DNA from: Dehalococcoidia bacterium
GTDB lineage: Bacteria; Chloroflexota; Dehalococcoidia; GIF9; AB-539-J10
Assembly: GCA_030615625.1 (NCBI GenBank)
Contig: JAUWYX010000002.1
Location: 11,995 to 75,994 of the forward strand
Reading direction: 5' to 3'
Length of the DNA: 64,000 bases
Under the pieces are notes generated by a model that saw nothing but the letters and a program-made list of their open reading frames with translations, did not search any database and was not told the origin of the DNA. Below are positions 52,024 through 61,256 of the stretch, one piece after another (position 1 is the stretch's first letter; each line of letters starts with the position of its first letter). The translations under genes were made by a program, and so were the position numbers.

Positions 52024-52080
52024 CAAAGCTAGAAGTCGCTTTGATGGATTTATTCCATTTATTCAGTCCTAAAAAAAAGG
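52024..52080 (+). repeat. ~57-bp imperfect direct repeat (second copy at 53264-53321)
   Basis: caaagctagaagtcg...gatggatttattc...ttcagtcctaaaaaaagg occurs at both positions. Confidence 0.8.
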
Positions 52081-52549
52081 GGATTTATCGAGTTTCTCAA
52101 GTCTATAAAAAAGGGGAAACAAAGCTGAAATGTCCAAAAAGTTTAATTCCTTGAGTCCATAAAAAAGGGCCTATGGCGATGCAACTGCAGACACTAAAGA
52201 TAAGATAGACCACCATAGCAATAGAATCAAGGCGCTAATAGCAACGACAATATCCTTCCAGAAGTGAAAAACGAAAATCTAACCTAGCTTTGGAATATAT
52301 CGTTTTTATTGGTGAAATATGATGCTTTTATTATGGTCTTATGGGTAAAGATGGCTTGCACCCCAAAGCTAAATAAAAGGATATGTTGTGATAATTGAAG
52401 CTAAAATGAGGGGGGAAATTGTGTTGAGGGAAATTGTTAGACGATTATTCCCCGGTGTCAAGCAAATCTTTGAGTAGAGTTTAGTTTATAGCGATTCGTT
52501 AGTGTCTCTTCAGGGGGCGTGTTTAATGTGGCATGGTCACAATACAACA

Positions 52550-53158
52550 TTACCAGTTTGCGTAGCAGACCACGGGAATCTCCCGAAAGTGTGCGCAGAT
52601 GTAGTAATCACCGTTCATGGTGATGGTGGTTGAGGCAGCATTGACATTGGCAATGGTATCCACATCGCCAGTCCACCTGGCAAACTTATAACCACTATCT
52701 GGTTTTGCCACGAGGTTGACCACTGTTCCCTCTTCATATATGAAGAATCTCCCTTCTCCAGGGGTGGTTACTGAACCATGAGCTGGTCCGATGATGTTCA
52801 GGCTGTACTGGACAGGCGGAAGTACCTCAAAGTCAGCCATTATGGAATAGTCGCCATTCACGGTAATGATGGTCTCGGAGGCACGAACATTGTCAACAGT
52901 GTACACATCTCCAGTCCAGCGTACAAATTGATAGCCACTGTCTGGGGTAACATTCAAGCTTACCACTGTGCCAGCGTCATAGGTAAGAATCGATTTTCCA
53001 GGGATGGTTACATTATTAACGGTAACTACGCCTCCGGCCGTACTGTCGATAGTGAGGGTAAGAGATTCGCCACCATTGCCATCATCACCACTGCCGCCAC
53101 AGCCTACCATCCCGACAATAAAGACTACCGTAATCAAAAAGACGCTAACTCTTTTCAT
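52550..53158 (-). CDS. Lipoprotein with two divergent InlB B-repeat-like domains
   Basis: Lipobox MVGC; two repeats of L.I....G.V...G...Y..GTVV.L...PDSGY.F..WTGDV.T..NV.A..T.IT.NGDY.I.A.F. Confidence 0.8.
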   Translation of the reverse strand: MKRVSVFLITVVFIVGMVGCGGSGDDGNGGESLTLTIDSTAGGVVTVNNVTIPGKSILTYDAGTVVSLNVTPDSGYQFVRWTGDVYTVDNVRASETIITVNGDYSIMADFEVLPPVQYSLNIIGPAHGSVTTPGEGRFFIYEEGTVVNLVAKPDSGYKFARWTGDVDTIANVNAASTTITMNGDYYICAHFREIPVVCYANW

Positions 53159-53390
53159 CTATATATCCTTCAAGTTTTATTGTATCACTAGCGAAGGAAG
53201 TGTCAATACGCCTCTCCACTCTGCTACCTCATATATGCCGTCTTCACCCGAAATAGAAGAATTCCAAAGCTAGAAGTCGTTTTTGATGGATTTATTCAGT
53301 TTTTTCAGTCCTAAAAAAAGGAAAACAGGGCTAATACCAACGATGATATAATCGTACTTCTACCCATAAGGGTGGAGATATGGGGAAAGT

Positions 53391-53646
53391 TCAATTCAGG
53401 TCCCAGCCGCCGACATTACACTTCCCGTAATCGTTCCATCCCACGGCGACCACGGTGCCGTCGGACTTAAGCCCCACTGTGTGCTCAATGCTTGCGGCGA
53501 CCTGGATGATGTCTGACCAGCTACCGACATCGCACTGCCCGTAGAGATTGTCTCCCACGGCGACCACCGTGCCGTCGGACCTAAGCCCTACCGTGTGATA
53601 CCCTCCTGCGGCGACCTCGGTAATGTCTGTCCAGCCGCCGACATCG
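53391..53646 (-). pseudogene. 3' fragment of an RCC1-repeat protein gene
   Basis: DVGGWTDITEVAAGGYHTVGLRSDGTVVAVGDNLYGQC DVGSWSDIIQVAASIEHTVGLKSDGTVVAVGWNDYGKC NVGGWDLN*; no start codon, cut by the tRNA upstream repeat. Confidence 0.88.
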
Positions 53647-53697
53647 TCGCATTAGATTATAACTGCTCAAATTCTCCTTGTCATTGCGTCCCCTAAT

Positions 53698-53727
53698 TTG
53701 ACCGTCCCCCCTAGCCAATGCTAAACT
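53698..53727 (+). promoter_or_regulatory. Putative tRNA promoter
   Basis: TTGACC, 18-bp spacer, TAAACT with a TG extension, 7 bp before the tRNA. Confidence 0.5.
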
Positions 53728-53734
53728 ATTTTCG

Positions 53735-53806
<72 letters not shown>

Positions 53807-54029
53807 CTTATTGTTTCACTCATAGCGATACTGGTAGGGTGAACGCCACAAACCTAAGTCGCTTATTTTATTTGGTTATTAATATTAATGAGATAGACAT
53901 CACTCTCTGTTTTCTAATGCCCCTTTTCATGTCATGGAAAAATTCAAACATTCTAAATGAATTTACAAAACCCCTAATGCTTGCTATAAACTAGTTTTGA
54001 TGATAATGTTGGTTGCTTAAACTTAAATA

Positions 54030-55784
54030 TTGATGAGTAAGAAAATGCTAAAGAAAAGAGTAGCTAATATAATTTTGATTACAATATGTTTCTCTGTATT
54101 ACTCTTTTCTGCCTGTAATGGTGAGATCAAGAATCCTAATACCTTTATCATAGCGGTAACTGCCGATATTGCCAGTTTAGATCCCGCCTATGCCTATGAT
54201 ACTTCAAGTTCTGGGCAACTAGAAAACATTTATGAAACACTAATTAAATTTCATGGCAATAGTACAAGCGAGTTTATTCCATTGCTGGCGACAGATTGGA
54301 CGATTTCTGAAGACGGAAAAACCTATAGATTTAAGATTCGTGATGGAGTAAGTTTTCATAATGGAAATCCATTAACCCCTGAAGATGTGGAATATTCATT
54401 TGAAAGGGGGATGGTTCAAGATTACGCCCTTGGACCACAATGGATGTTTTTTGAACCCCTTTTTGGTTTGGGGAATTACACCTCTCGAACCGACAGTGGT
54501 CTGATCCCGCTTGAAGAGATCAAGAATAAAGTAGAGGTCGATGGCCAATGGGTACAATTCAATCTGGCTACCTCATACGAACCGTTCTTACAGATTCTTG
54601 CCTCTTCTTGGGGTTCTATAGTTGATATGGATTGGTGTATAGAAAATGATGATTGGAATGGAACTGAGGAATCATATGAAGCTTTGAATAACCCTGTCCC
54701 TGGTGGCTCTCCAATCCATTCGATATCCTGCGGTACTGGCCCGTTCATGTTAGAGCTTTGGGAACCAGGAGTTCAAATAATGTTAGTAAGAAATGATAAC
54801 TATTGGGGTGCGCCAGCCAGTTTTGAAAGAGTTATCACCCAAATAATTGACGAATGGGGCACCAGAAGATTGATGCTAGAATTAGGTGACGTTGATTGTG
54901 CTATTGTTCCAAGTGAACAAATCCAACAAATAAAAGAAATGCCAGGAATCTTAGTTTATGAAAATGTATCTACGTTACTCAATCAAGCATTTTTCTTCCA
55001 ATTTGATATTGATTCTACCAGCACATTAATCGGTAGTGGCCAGTTAGATGGCAATGGTATACCCATGAATTTTTTCAGCGATATTGATGTACGCAAGGGC
55101 TTTGCTTTTGCTTTCGATTGGGATACTTATATTGATGATGCAATGGCAGGTTATGGGGAGCAAATATCTTCACCGATGGTCAAAGGCATACCTTACTATA
55201 AACCCGACTGGCCAAGTTATGAACTGGATCTGGTAGAAGCAGAGGAGCACTTGAAAGCGGCTTGGGATGGAGTACTATGGGAAAATGGTTTTGAAATGAC
55301 ACTTGTATATGCATCAGGAGACATCACGGGAAAGATTGCTTGTGAAATATTGCAAAATAATCTATTTGAGATCAATCCACTATTTAAAATAAATATTCAG
55401 TTAATGGGGTGGCCAACCATACTTAGTGAGATGGTGTTAGGACGTTTACCTATGTATGTAAATGGTTGGCAAGCTGACTATCCTGATCCCCACAATTTCG
55501 TCTTTCCTTATATGCATAGTAAAGGTACATTCGCACAAGCACAGCGATATAGTAATGAAGTAGTAGATGATCTTATTGAACAAGCAATCTCCTCAAGTAG
55601 CCATTCAGAAAGGCAAATACTTTATAATCAGATAGCAGAATTATATTATAACGAAGTTCCTAGTATCATGATATCTCAAGTATTGGGTGTCTTTTTCTTT
55701 CGAGACTGGATACAGGGTTTTGTTTACAACCCAATAAGACCAGGATATGAAATGTATGCATATTATTTAAGTAAAGGATACTAG
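54030..55784 (+). CDS. Orphan ABC substrate-binding lipoprotein, family 5 (Opp/Dpp)
   Basis: Lipobox FSAC, SLDPA, YETL, P.LA..W..SEDG.TY.F.IR.GV.FHNG, GTGPF, W.ADYPDP; no permease genes adjacent. Confidence 0.92.
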   Translation: MMSKKMLKKRVANIILITICFSVLLFSACNGEIKNPNTFIIAVTADIASLDPAYAYDTSSSGQLENIYETLIKFHGNSTSEFIPLLATDWTISEDGKTYRFKIRDGVSFHNGNPLTPEDVEYSFERGMVQDYALGPQWMFFEPLFGLGNYTSRTDSGLIPLEEIKNKVEVDGQWVQFNLATSYEPFLQILASSWGSIVDMDWCIENDDWNGTEESYEALNNPVPGGSPIHSISCGTGPFMLELWEPGVQIMLVRNDNYWGAPASFERVITQIIDEWGTRRLMLELGDVDCAIVPSEQIQQIKEMPGILVYENVSTLLNQAFFFQFDIDSTSTLIGSGQLDGNGIPMNFFSDIDVRKGFAFAFDWDTYIDDAMAGYGEQISSPMVKGIPYYKPDWPSYELDLVEAEEHLKAAWDGVLWENGFEMTLVYASGDITGKIACEILQNNLFEINPLFKINIQLMGWPTILSEMVLGRLPMYVNGWQADYPDPHNFVFPYMHSKGTFAQAQRYSNEVVDDLIEQAISSSSHSERQILYNQIAELYYNEVPSIMISQVLGVFFFRDWIQGFVYNPIRPGYEMYAYYLSKGY

Positions 55785-56175
55785 TAATTTAATAATAGTA
55801 TACAGAAAATTAGTAAACAACCTGATACTTTCCGAATCCACGATAGTTTAGTTTGACACTTCTTCCTTTATAAAATCCGCTCGCTGTCATTTATTTCTTT
55901 AGTGGTTTCCACTCAACAGATTGTGAGTGTTCAGTTAATTGTGTTATTGTTTGGAATAGCATTGTTTCGGAGGGCAAGTGAAGTTAGCTAGAATCATTGC
56001 ACCATTTAGTCTTAGCGCATTTCTTTTTATCCTGTCATATGTGTCCCTCAAAGATATTGGAAGTGGCTTTTACTCAATACTGCTAATGGTAATCGGGGTA
56101 GTACTCGTAGTTGTTGGCATTGCAGCTATTTTCTCAAATAAGTGAACCCTTTTCGAGACTGATCCTCTATCCCCT

Positions 56176-56199
56176 CTGGTTCAAATCCAGCCACTACCA
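56176..56199 (+). repeat. tRNA 3'-end copy 1
   Basis: ctggttcaaatccagccactacca, 22/24 identical to 53783-53806. Confidence 0.85.
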
Positions 56200-56259
56200 G
56201 AAATTCAGTCCACTTGACAACCTGGGGAGATGAAACGTAGTATGCTGGAAAAACAATAA

Positions 56260-56574
56260 TTGGAGGTGTTGAAGATGGTCAATATTATACCGATTACGAT
56301 TGTTGTTATTGGTGTTGCATTGGTAGTTGTAGCATTATTAGTTTGGAGGAGGCAAAAAGAGGAGAAGCTAGAAAGAATAAGCAATGAACAGAAGAAAGCA
56401 TTCTTCGCACAATGGATAATAGGGATTGTTTTAGCATTAACAGCTGCTATTTTTATGTTTGATGGCGATATCCTGGGAGAAAATACCACAGGTATTTCCA
56501 CAGCCCTAGGGATTATTGGAATTTGCCTGATAGCAACTTCCAATGTTAACCTGCTATCTCTCAAGCGTAAATAA
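56260..56574 (+). CDS. Small hypothetical membrane protein (3 TM; likely start 56275)
   Basis: RBS ggaggt before the ATG at 56275; TTGACA at 56214. Confidence 0.65.
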   Translation: MEVLKMVNIIPITIVVIGVALVVVALLVWRRQKEEKLERISNEQKKAFFAQWIIGIVLALTAAIFMFDGDILGENTTGISTALGIIGICLIATSNVNLLSLKRK

Positions 56575-56822
56575 AGCAGATTAGCGAACCAAACAAGAAT
56601 CATCCCACAGAACAGCGTCTAAACAACTATTTAAAGTAAAAATCTTGCCCCATTTACTCGTGCCAATTGATATAACTTATAGATAGGGTAAAGATACGGC
56701 TAGATGAACCAAGGGCTTAGCAGACCGTTGGCTAGTTTACCTCCAAAATGCTTAGTATTGATTTTGGTTGTATAATGAAGTAACAACTTTAGAGTAAATA
56801 CTGTAATCTAAGAGAGGGAGCA

Positions 56823-57431
56823 GTGGTTCACAGTACACTTTGCGTAACGGTAGAAAGGGCCGTATCCCAGGTAGTATCTGATTTTCAGAAGTATCCAAAA
56901 CGTTTCTGGAACGAAAGAGACATACACTGGAGTCTCTTTTACTATCTAAAACATCAACGAGTCTCTGAAGAAGCCTATCCGACCGAGTTAATACGTGCTG
57001 AATTACCCACACGTAAGGTATTTCCCGGCAAGAAACCAGCCAGAGGCCATTATGATTTAGTGATATTGGATGCCGAGTCTTACTACAAGCCAGAAGTACA
57101 GAATATGAAAGCCCAGACTCCATGGAAAGAATTCCTTGAATTAGTTGAAATTGCTGTGGCCATAGAGGTCAAATTATGGTTGAACCGACTAAGCCCGGAG
57201 AACATGGCAAAACGAGTAGACTGGGATATAACAAAACTGACTGATAAACCAAACAACGTACAAAATGCATATTTTCTAAACTTCGTTCAGTTAAACTTCA
57301 AATCTGACTATATGATGCAATACTACCAAGAGCTACGTGACTATCTAACCACGAAAAAGCAACCAGGCTTGAGTATTTTGTGTATCCCGAGTGACCCTCA
57401 AATACAATCTGTGTCAGACAACTGGCTCTAG
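56823..57431 (+). CDS. Hypothetical protein with possible PD-(D/E)xK nuclease fold
   Basis: N-terminal NERD helix, then AE, YDLVIL, AIEVK in restriction-like spacing. Confidence 0.55.
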   Translation: MVHSTLCVTVERAVSQVVSDFQKYPKRFWNERDIHWSLFYYLKHQRVSEEAYPTELIRAELPTRKVFPGKKPARGHYDLVILDAESYYKPEVQNMKAQTPWKEFLELVEIAVAIEVKLWLNRLSPENMAKRVDWDITKLTDKPNNVQNAYFLNFVQLNFKSDYMMQYYQELRDYLTTKKQPGLSILCIPSDPQIQSVSDNWL

Positions 57432-57459
57432 TCTCGGCTCGCTCAGTGTTTCCAAAACG

Positions 57460-57491
57460 AGTGTGGAGATCGATTTAATCCACACTTTTCC
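57460..57491. terminator. Hairpin between convergent genes
   Basis: agtgtgga-gatcgatttaa-tccacact followed by ttt. Confidence 0.5.
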
Positions 57492-57540
57492 TCTGAATAA
57501 ATGCCTTTTTATAGGTGGTCAATTTGACAAAACTGATTAG

Positions 57541-58590
57541 TTAAATATGCTCCTGGTAATTAGCAGTTCCCCCGACTACATTAACAATTAACTTTATCAC
57601 CTTAACCAGTATTGCGATTCCTACCCCAACTGAAATACAAATCAAGAATATCCTGACGCCTAAATAAGTGGCATCAGCTGCAGTAGTGCTAGGTATTACA
57701 CTGAAGTCGAAAGGAAAGACAAATAGAAGGGTTAAAATCGTCCAAAGTGAAAATGCATTTATAACGATATGAATCATTTCACGCAGTATATACCTATCAA
57801 GGATAATCAAAATAATATGACCGATCACAGTTATAATTAGAGTTGTTGTAAGAATCGGTAGCCATAGATTGATGTCTTCTGTAAAGAACGGATATCTTAT
57901 CCATGTAGTAATGCCGCCTACTGTTTCCGAATGATAATAGGCTACGTATTGATTAAAAAAGTTGAAGAATATTAATAAAGCGATACTCCAGGCGATGGCA
58001 AAAGCGGAAGCTGTTATTCTTCCACTTCTACTTTTAAAATGAGCGTCTATTTTATCTCCGATTCGTTTACCTGAATCTGCAGCGGGGGGTGGTGTAGGTG
58101 CCACTGCCTCTGACTCTGCTGTTGGTTCTGAGGGTGGAGGTTCAGAGTATTCACCTGTTACCCCTGATGAAGCGACCATCTTCTCAGCAACATCACCAGC
58201 CCATGGTAGTTTATACCACTCACCACTAGAAGCTTTGACTATCATTATTATCCAAACAATGAACCCTATAATTCCTATAATTGAAGAGAAAGCAACACCG
58301 ACCACCGGTATCAAACCAAGTATAATCCCTGCAGCTGTGAGGGTGCCAAACGCAACAATTGACTGTGCCGCGTGGAAACGAACAAATTTGTTTCTCTGCT
58401 CTAAAACGAGAAAGATGATGCCGCTTATCCATACGCCAACATAGCACAATAATCCGGCAATATTTGGCGATAACCCTGTACTTGTGCCTGCTGGCGCTGT
58501 CAGTTTCTCTCGTTCTATCTTTTCCCGTGCCTCAATCCGCGCCTTCTCTTCCTCATAGATTCTCTTCTTCTCTTCTGGTGTTAATTCCAT
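57541..58590 (-). CDS. DUF4870-like membrane protein with an additional C-terminal TM domain
   Basis: TGLSPNIAGLLCY..W.SGIIFLVLE..N.FVRFHA.QSI...YKLP..GD.AE; promoter TTGACA-17-TATTCT at 58651-58623. Confidence 0.75.
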   Translation of the reverse strand: MELTPEEKKRIYEEEKARIEAREKIEREKLTAPAGTSTGLSPNIAGLLCYVGVWISGIIFLVLEQRNKFVRFHAAQSIVAFGTLTAAGIILGLIPVVGVAFSSIIGIIGFIVWIIMIVKASSGEWYKLPWAGDVAEKMVASSGVTGEYSEPPPSEPTAESEAVAPTPPPAADSGKRIGDKIDAHFKSRSGRITASAFAIAWSIALLIFFNFFNQYVAYYHSETVGGITTWIRYPFFTEDINLWLPILTTTLIITVIGHIILIILDRYILREMIHIVINAFSLWTILTLLFVFPFDFSVIPSTTAADATYLGVRIFLICISVGVGIAILVKVIKLIVNVVGGTANYQEHI

Positions 58591-58696
58591 ATCAACCCCC
58601 TTGATATTGGCGTCGTAGGTTCAGAATAGCCATCCATGCTTTTGTTGTCAATACCACCGTTTAATTCAACATTTCTCATATCAAGAAGATGATATC

Positions 58697-59189
58697 TTAC
58701 ACCTCTGCAAATGCTACCACATAATTATGGCCATAAATCTTGGCGCACTTGGGGCAGGTTGTGTAATAGAAATAATACCTTTTAACTGTTTTTGCCTTTT
58801 TGGTTTACATATTGATCAATTTCTTTAATCCATTTTGGAACGGCGTTATACGAACCATCGAAAACTTTAGTGATATATGTTCCTGATAGTTTGACATTTT
58901 CGGCATTCGGGATTTCTTTTGTCACATTGATATATAGTTCACCTTTCCAGGGTGATGATTCGGTAGCAAGCATGATAAAGTCCTTGATATCTGGATTTGC
59001 TCCTGCGTCTTCAATTTTCTTCCACATCCTTCCGACTGTTTTACCGAATGCTCCGGGTAGCGGCATATGCATGAATTGCATCATAGTGTCTTTGACAAAG
59101 AGCTTGTCTTCCCACGTTATTTCTTTATCATGCCATGGTTCAGGATCAAACTTAGGACAGCATTGCGTTTCACTATCATTCTTTATCAT
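58697..59189 (-). pseudogene. Conserved hypothetical protein (CCPKFDP...YYTTCPKCAK family) with a frameshift
   Basis: The ORF stops at 58782; removing one A from ggcAAAAAca restores KTVKRYYFYYTTCPKCAKIYGHNYVVAFAEV* ending at 58697. Confidence 0.75.
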
Positions 59190-59210
59190 ATTTCAAGCCC
59201 TCCTTTTATT

Positions 59211-59233
59211 TGGTTCAAATCCAGCCGCTGCCA
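59211..59233 (+). repeat. tRNA 3'-end copy 2
   Basis: tggttcaaatccagccgctgcca, 23/23 identical to the tRNA. Confidence 0.93.
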
Positions 59234-59270
59234 TATTCTGCAATTGGGACAGGATGGATCCCCCCTGTGC

Positions 59271-59693
59271 TCACTGCCCATTGGTCAACCTGGCCTGTAC
59301 TTCTGCAATCAGGTCTTGAACTGTGATACGTAATACTGTTTGGCCTTGCTTTAAGGTGTCAACGAGAACATCATAGTCCTCGTAGAAATAGACTGTCTTC
59401 CCATCCGTGAGCACCACGAAGGATGCTAAAGCCTTGGATTGACCTCGTATAAAGCGGAAGCTCGACCGTATCCGCTGTAGAGGCAGCGAACTATCCAACA
59501 ATTTCATCAGTATCTTTAATTCGAAAATGTCTTCTACGGAATAGAGACGGCGCGAACCTCTTCCGGATGCTGCTCTCAGACTCGGGCTCACCAGGCCTGT
59601 CTTATCCCAATACACAAGCTGGCTATAGGTAGCGCCGACCACATGTGATACCTCTGAAGTACGGAAGGATATAGGTTTTTTTCTACGCGGCAT
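59271..59693 (-). CDS. MerR-family transcriptional regulator
   Basis: QLVYWDKTGLVSPS...GRGSRRLYS..DI..L.....L. Confidence 0.88.
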   Translation of the reverse strand: MPRRKKPISFRTSEVSHVVGATYSQLVYWDKTGLVSPSLRAASGRGSRRLYSVEDIFELKILMKLLDSSLPLQRIRSSFRFIRGQSKALASFVVLTDGKTVYFYEDYDVLVDTLKQGQTVLRITVQDLIAEVQARLTNGQ

Positions 59694-59751
59694 TGCGAAT
59701 TCCAGCCAATATAATATGAGTCATATCATTATATCACTTGCAGCTTAGACA

Positions 59752-59777
59752 CTGGTTCAAATCCAGCCGCTGCCACT
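59752..59777 (+). repeat. tRNA 3'-end copy 3
   Basis: ctggttcaaatccagccgctgccact, 26/26 identical to 53783-53808. Confidence 0.95.
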
Positions 59778-59792
59778 ACCGCATTTCTTCTT

Positions 59793-59820
59793 GATAGCTG
59801 GAATTAGAGTCGGAAGGAAG
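59793..59820 (+). repeat. 28-bp exact direct repeat (second copy at 63262-63289)
   Basis: gatagctggaattagagtcggaaggaag occurs at both positions. Confidence 0.9.
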
Positions 59821-59943
59821 CAGGCGATGATTTCGGTGTCGTGGCCTGCTTCGACGGCATTGATTTGGCACTACTAACAGGCCAAGGCTATGAGGCACTG
59901 CAGAGAGTCGGAGCACGAAATTAGAGTACGCTCTCTTAACTGG

Positions 59944-60114
59944 TCAGCCCAGTGCCCGGCCTAGAAAGTACGGCCAGACTACTATGGCAAGTATAATCTG
60001 CCACCAAACCAGACCGACATAACCGATTGTAAATAGCCAGCCGACGAACCAAATAGTGAATGCCAAAGCCGGGGAGCCGCGGTTTCTCCAATGTTTTCTC
60101 TTTTCCTCTGCCAT
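59944..60114 (-). CDS. 56-aa small membrane protein, absent from the ORF track
   Basis: RBS aaggag; MAEEKRKHWRNRGSPALAFTIWFVGWLFTIGYVGLVWWQIILAIVVWPYFLGRALG*. Confidence 0.7.
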   Translation of the reverse strand: MAEEKRKHWRNRGSPALAFTIWFVGWLFTIGYVGLVWWQIILAIVVWPYFLGRALG

Positions 60115-60196
60115 GTTTTTCTCCTTTTCTAAGATAATCTATTCTTGATTTGATGACTTTACTTAATAGCAAAATGGGTTTTTCACGGCCATAACT

Positions 60197-60991
60197 TCAC
60201 GGAGATGATATTTCAGGCTCAGTCGTAGCTGCCCTTTTTCTCCAGCGGAGCCACAGGGCCCAAGCCGTTACCAGCACGGCTAGCACGGCAATATAGATTT
60301 CCACATGAAGGATTGTAAAGCGCCCTGCGTAAAACAAAATTACGCTATAGTTTAGTAAGCCGTGCAGGACAGAGGCTATGAGATAGAACTGCCATCCCCA
60401 GCCCTTAGCCAGGCCGTACCCGGCCAGGGCGGAAAAAGCAATATGAGCGGCTACCGTAAAGAACCTCTCCCAAAATCCACCATAGATCAGTGCCATGAAG
60501 CCGCCACTTTGCACTGCTTCCCAGGTCACCCCTGAGGCGAAGATGTCATTGAGTGCCCACTGCGCTTCGAAGATGCCAAATCCAGCTCCGGCCACAGCGC
60601 CGATAGCGAGTCCCAGCTTGGGGTCAATGTTCTTGCCGCTCCGCCGCCACCAGACGACCACCGGCACCAACTTCGACCCTTCTTGGACCAGTCCGCTAAG
60701 GAGTATTGATGGTATCGCCGCCAGAAGAATCCAGCGCGTCAGGACTTCCTGGCTCCAGAAATGGCTCAGCGCTTGTCCAGCCCAAACCTGGAGGGGAATT
60801 TGAATAAAGCTAGCAGCGGCCAGGGTTAGAAAGGCACTGCTTACGAGGACCGCCCAGAGCCAGGGTTTCTTAAAGAGCGGCGGCCGGTAACCGGCCAGCC
60901 AGACCGCACCGAAGGCTATAGCCAGACCAATCCCCAGGGCGCTGGGGTTTTGAAAGAAAGATTTGAAAAATATGACCATGTAATCTATCAT
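60197..60991 (-). CDS. PrsW/YhfC-like glutamic intramembrane protease
   Basis: GLVQEGSK, GAGFGIFE, ER...AAH, LHGLLN; multi-TM. Confidence 0.8.
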   Translation of the reverse strand: MIDYMVIFFKSFFQNPSALGIGLAIAFGAVWLAGYRPPLFKKPWLWAVLVSSAFLTLAAASFIQIPLQVWAGQALSHFWSQEVLTRWILLAAIPSILLSGLVQEGSKLVPVVVWWRRSGKNIDPKLGLAIGAVAGAGFGIFEAQWALNDIFASGVTWEAVQSGGFMALIYGGFWERFFTVAAHIAFSALAGYGLAKGWGWQFYLIASVLHGLLNYSVILFYAGRFTILHVEIYIAVLAVLVTAWALWLRWRKRAATTEPEISSP

Positions 60992-61141
60992 GGACTTCTC
61001 CTACACTTTAAACTGGTTCTTATCCAATTCATCGTAAGTGTATCCTTCGACGCCATTTAGCATCCACAACATTATACCTGCATGTGAAATAAAAAAATAT
61101 ACCCTTGAGCAGGAACGTCCAGGGGCACATTGCAGGTTCTG

Positions 61142-61179
61142 ATAAGGCTTTGGTCGGTGGTTCAAACCCAGCCGCGGCC
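61142..61179 (+). repeat. tRNA 3'-half copy 4 (degenerate, starts in the anticodon loop)
   Basis: ataaggctttggtcggtggttcaaacccagccgcggcc versus tRNA ataagcctttggtcgctggttcaaatccagccgctgcc, 34/38. Confidence 0.85.
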
Positions 61180-61256
61180 GCTTTTATTTTTCACAGTTGA
61201 ATCCTTAACCAAAACAACAAATGCTATTTACAGGCAATTGAACCTTCTTTACCGAT

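Noticed and set aside
53391..53646. DGR template repeat
   Set aside because: The repeats are ordinary RCC1 units, the differences are not adenine-specific, and there is no reverse transcriptase in the window.
55920..56144. Small membrane-protein gene
   Set aside because: The hydrophobic reading is split across frames with no clear start; at most a remnant.
58612..58636. Possible sixth degenerate tRNA copy (gtcgtaggttcagaatagcc)
   Set aside because: Needs gaps to align and overlaps a good minus-strand promoter (TTGACA-17-TATTCT).
61013..61026. ctggttcttatcca resembling the T arm
   Set aside because: Only 12/14 and lacks the acceptor strand; compatible with chance.
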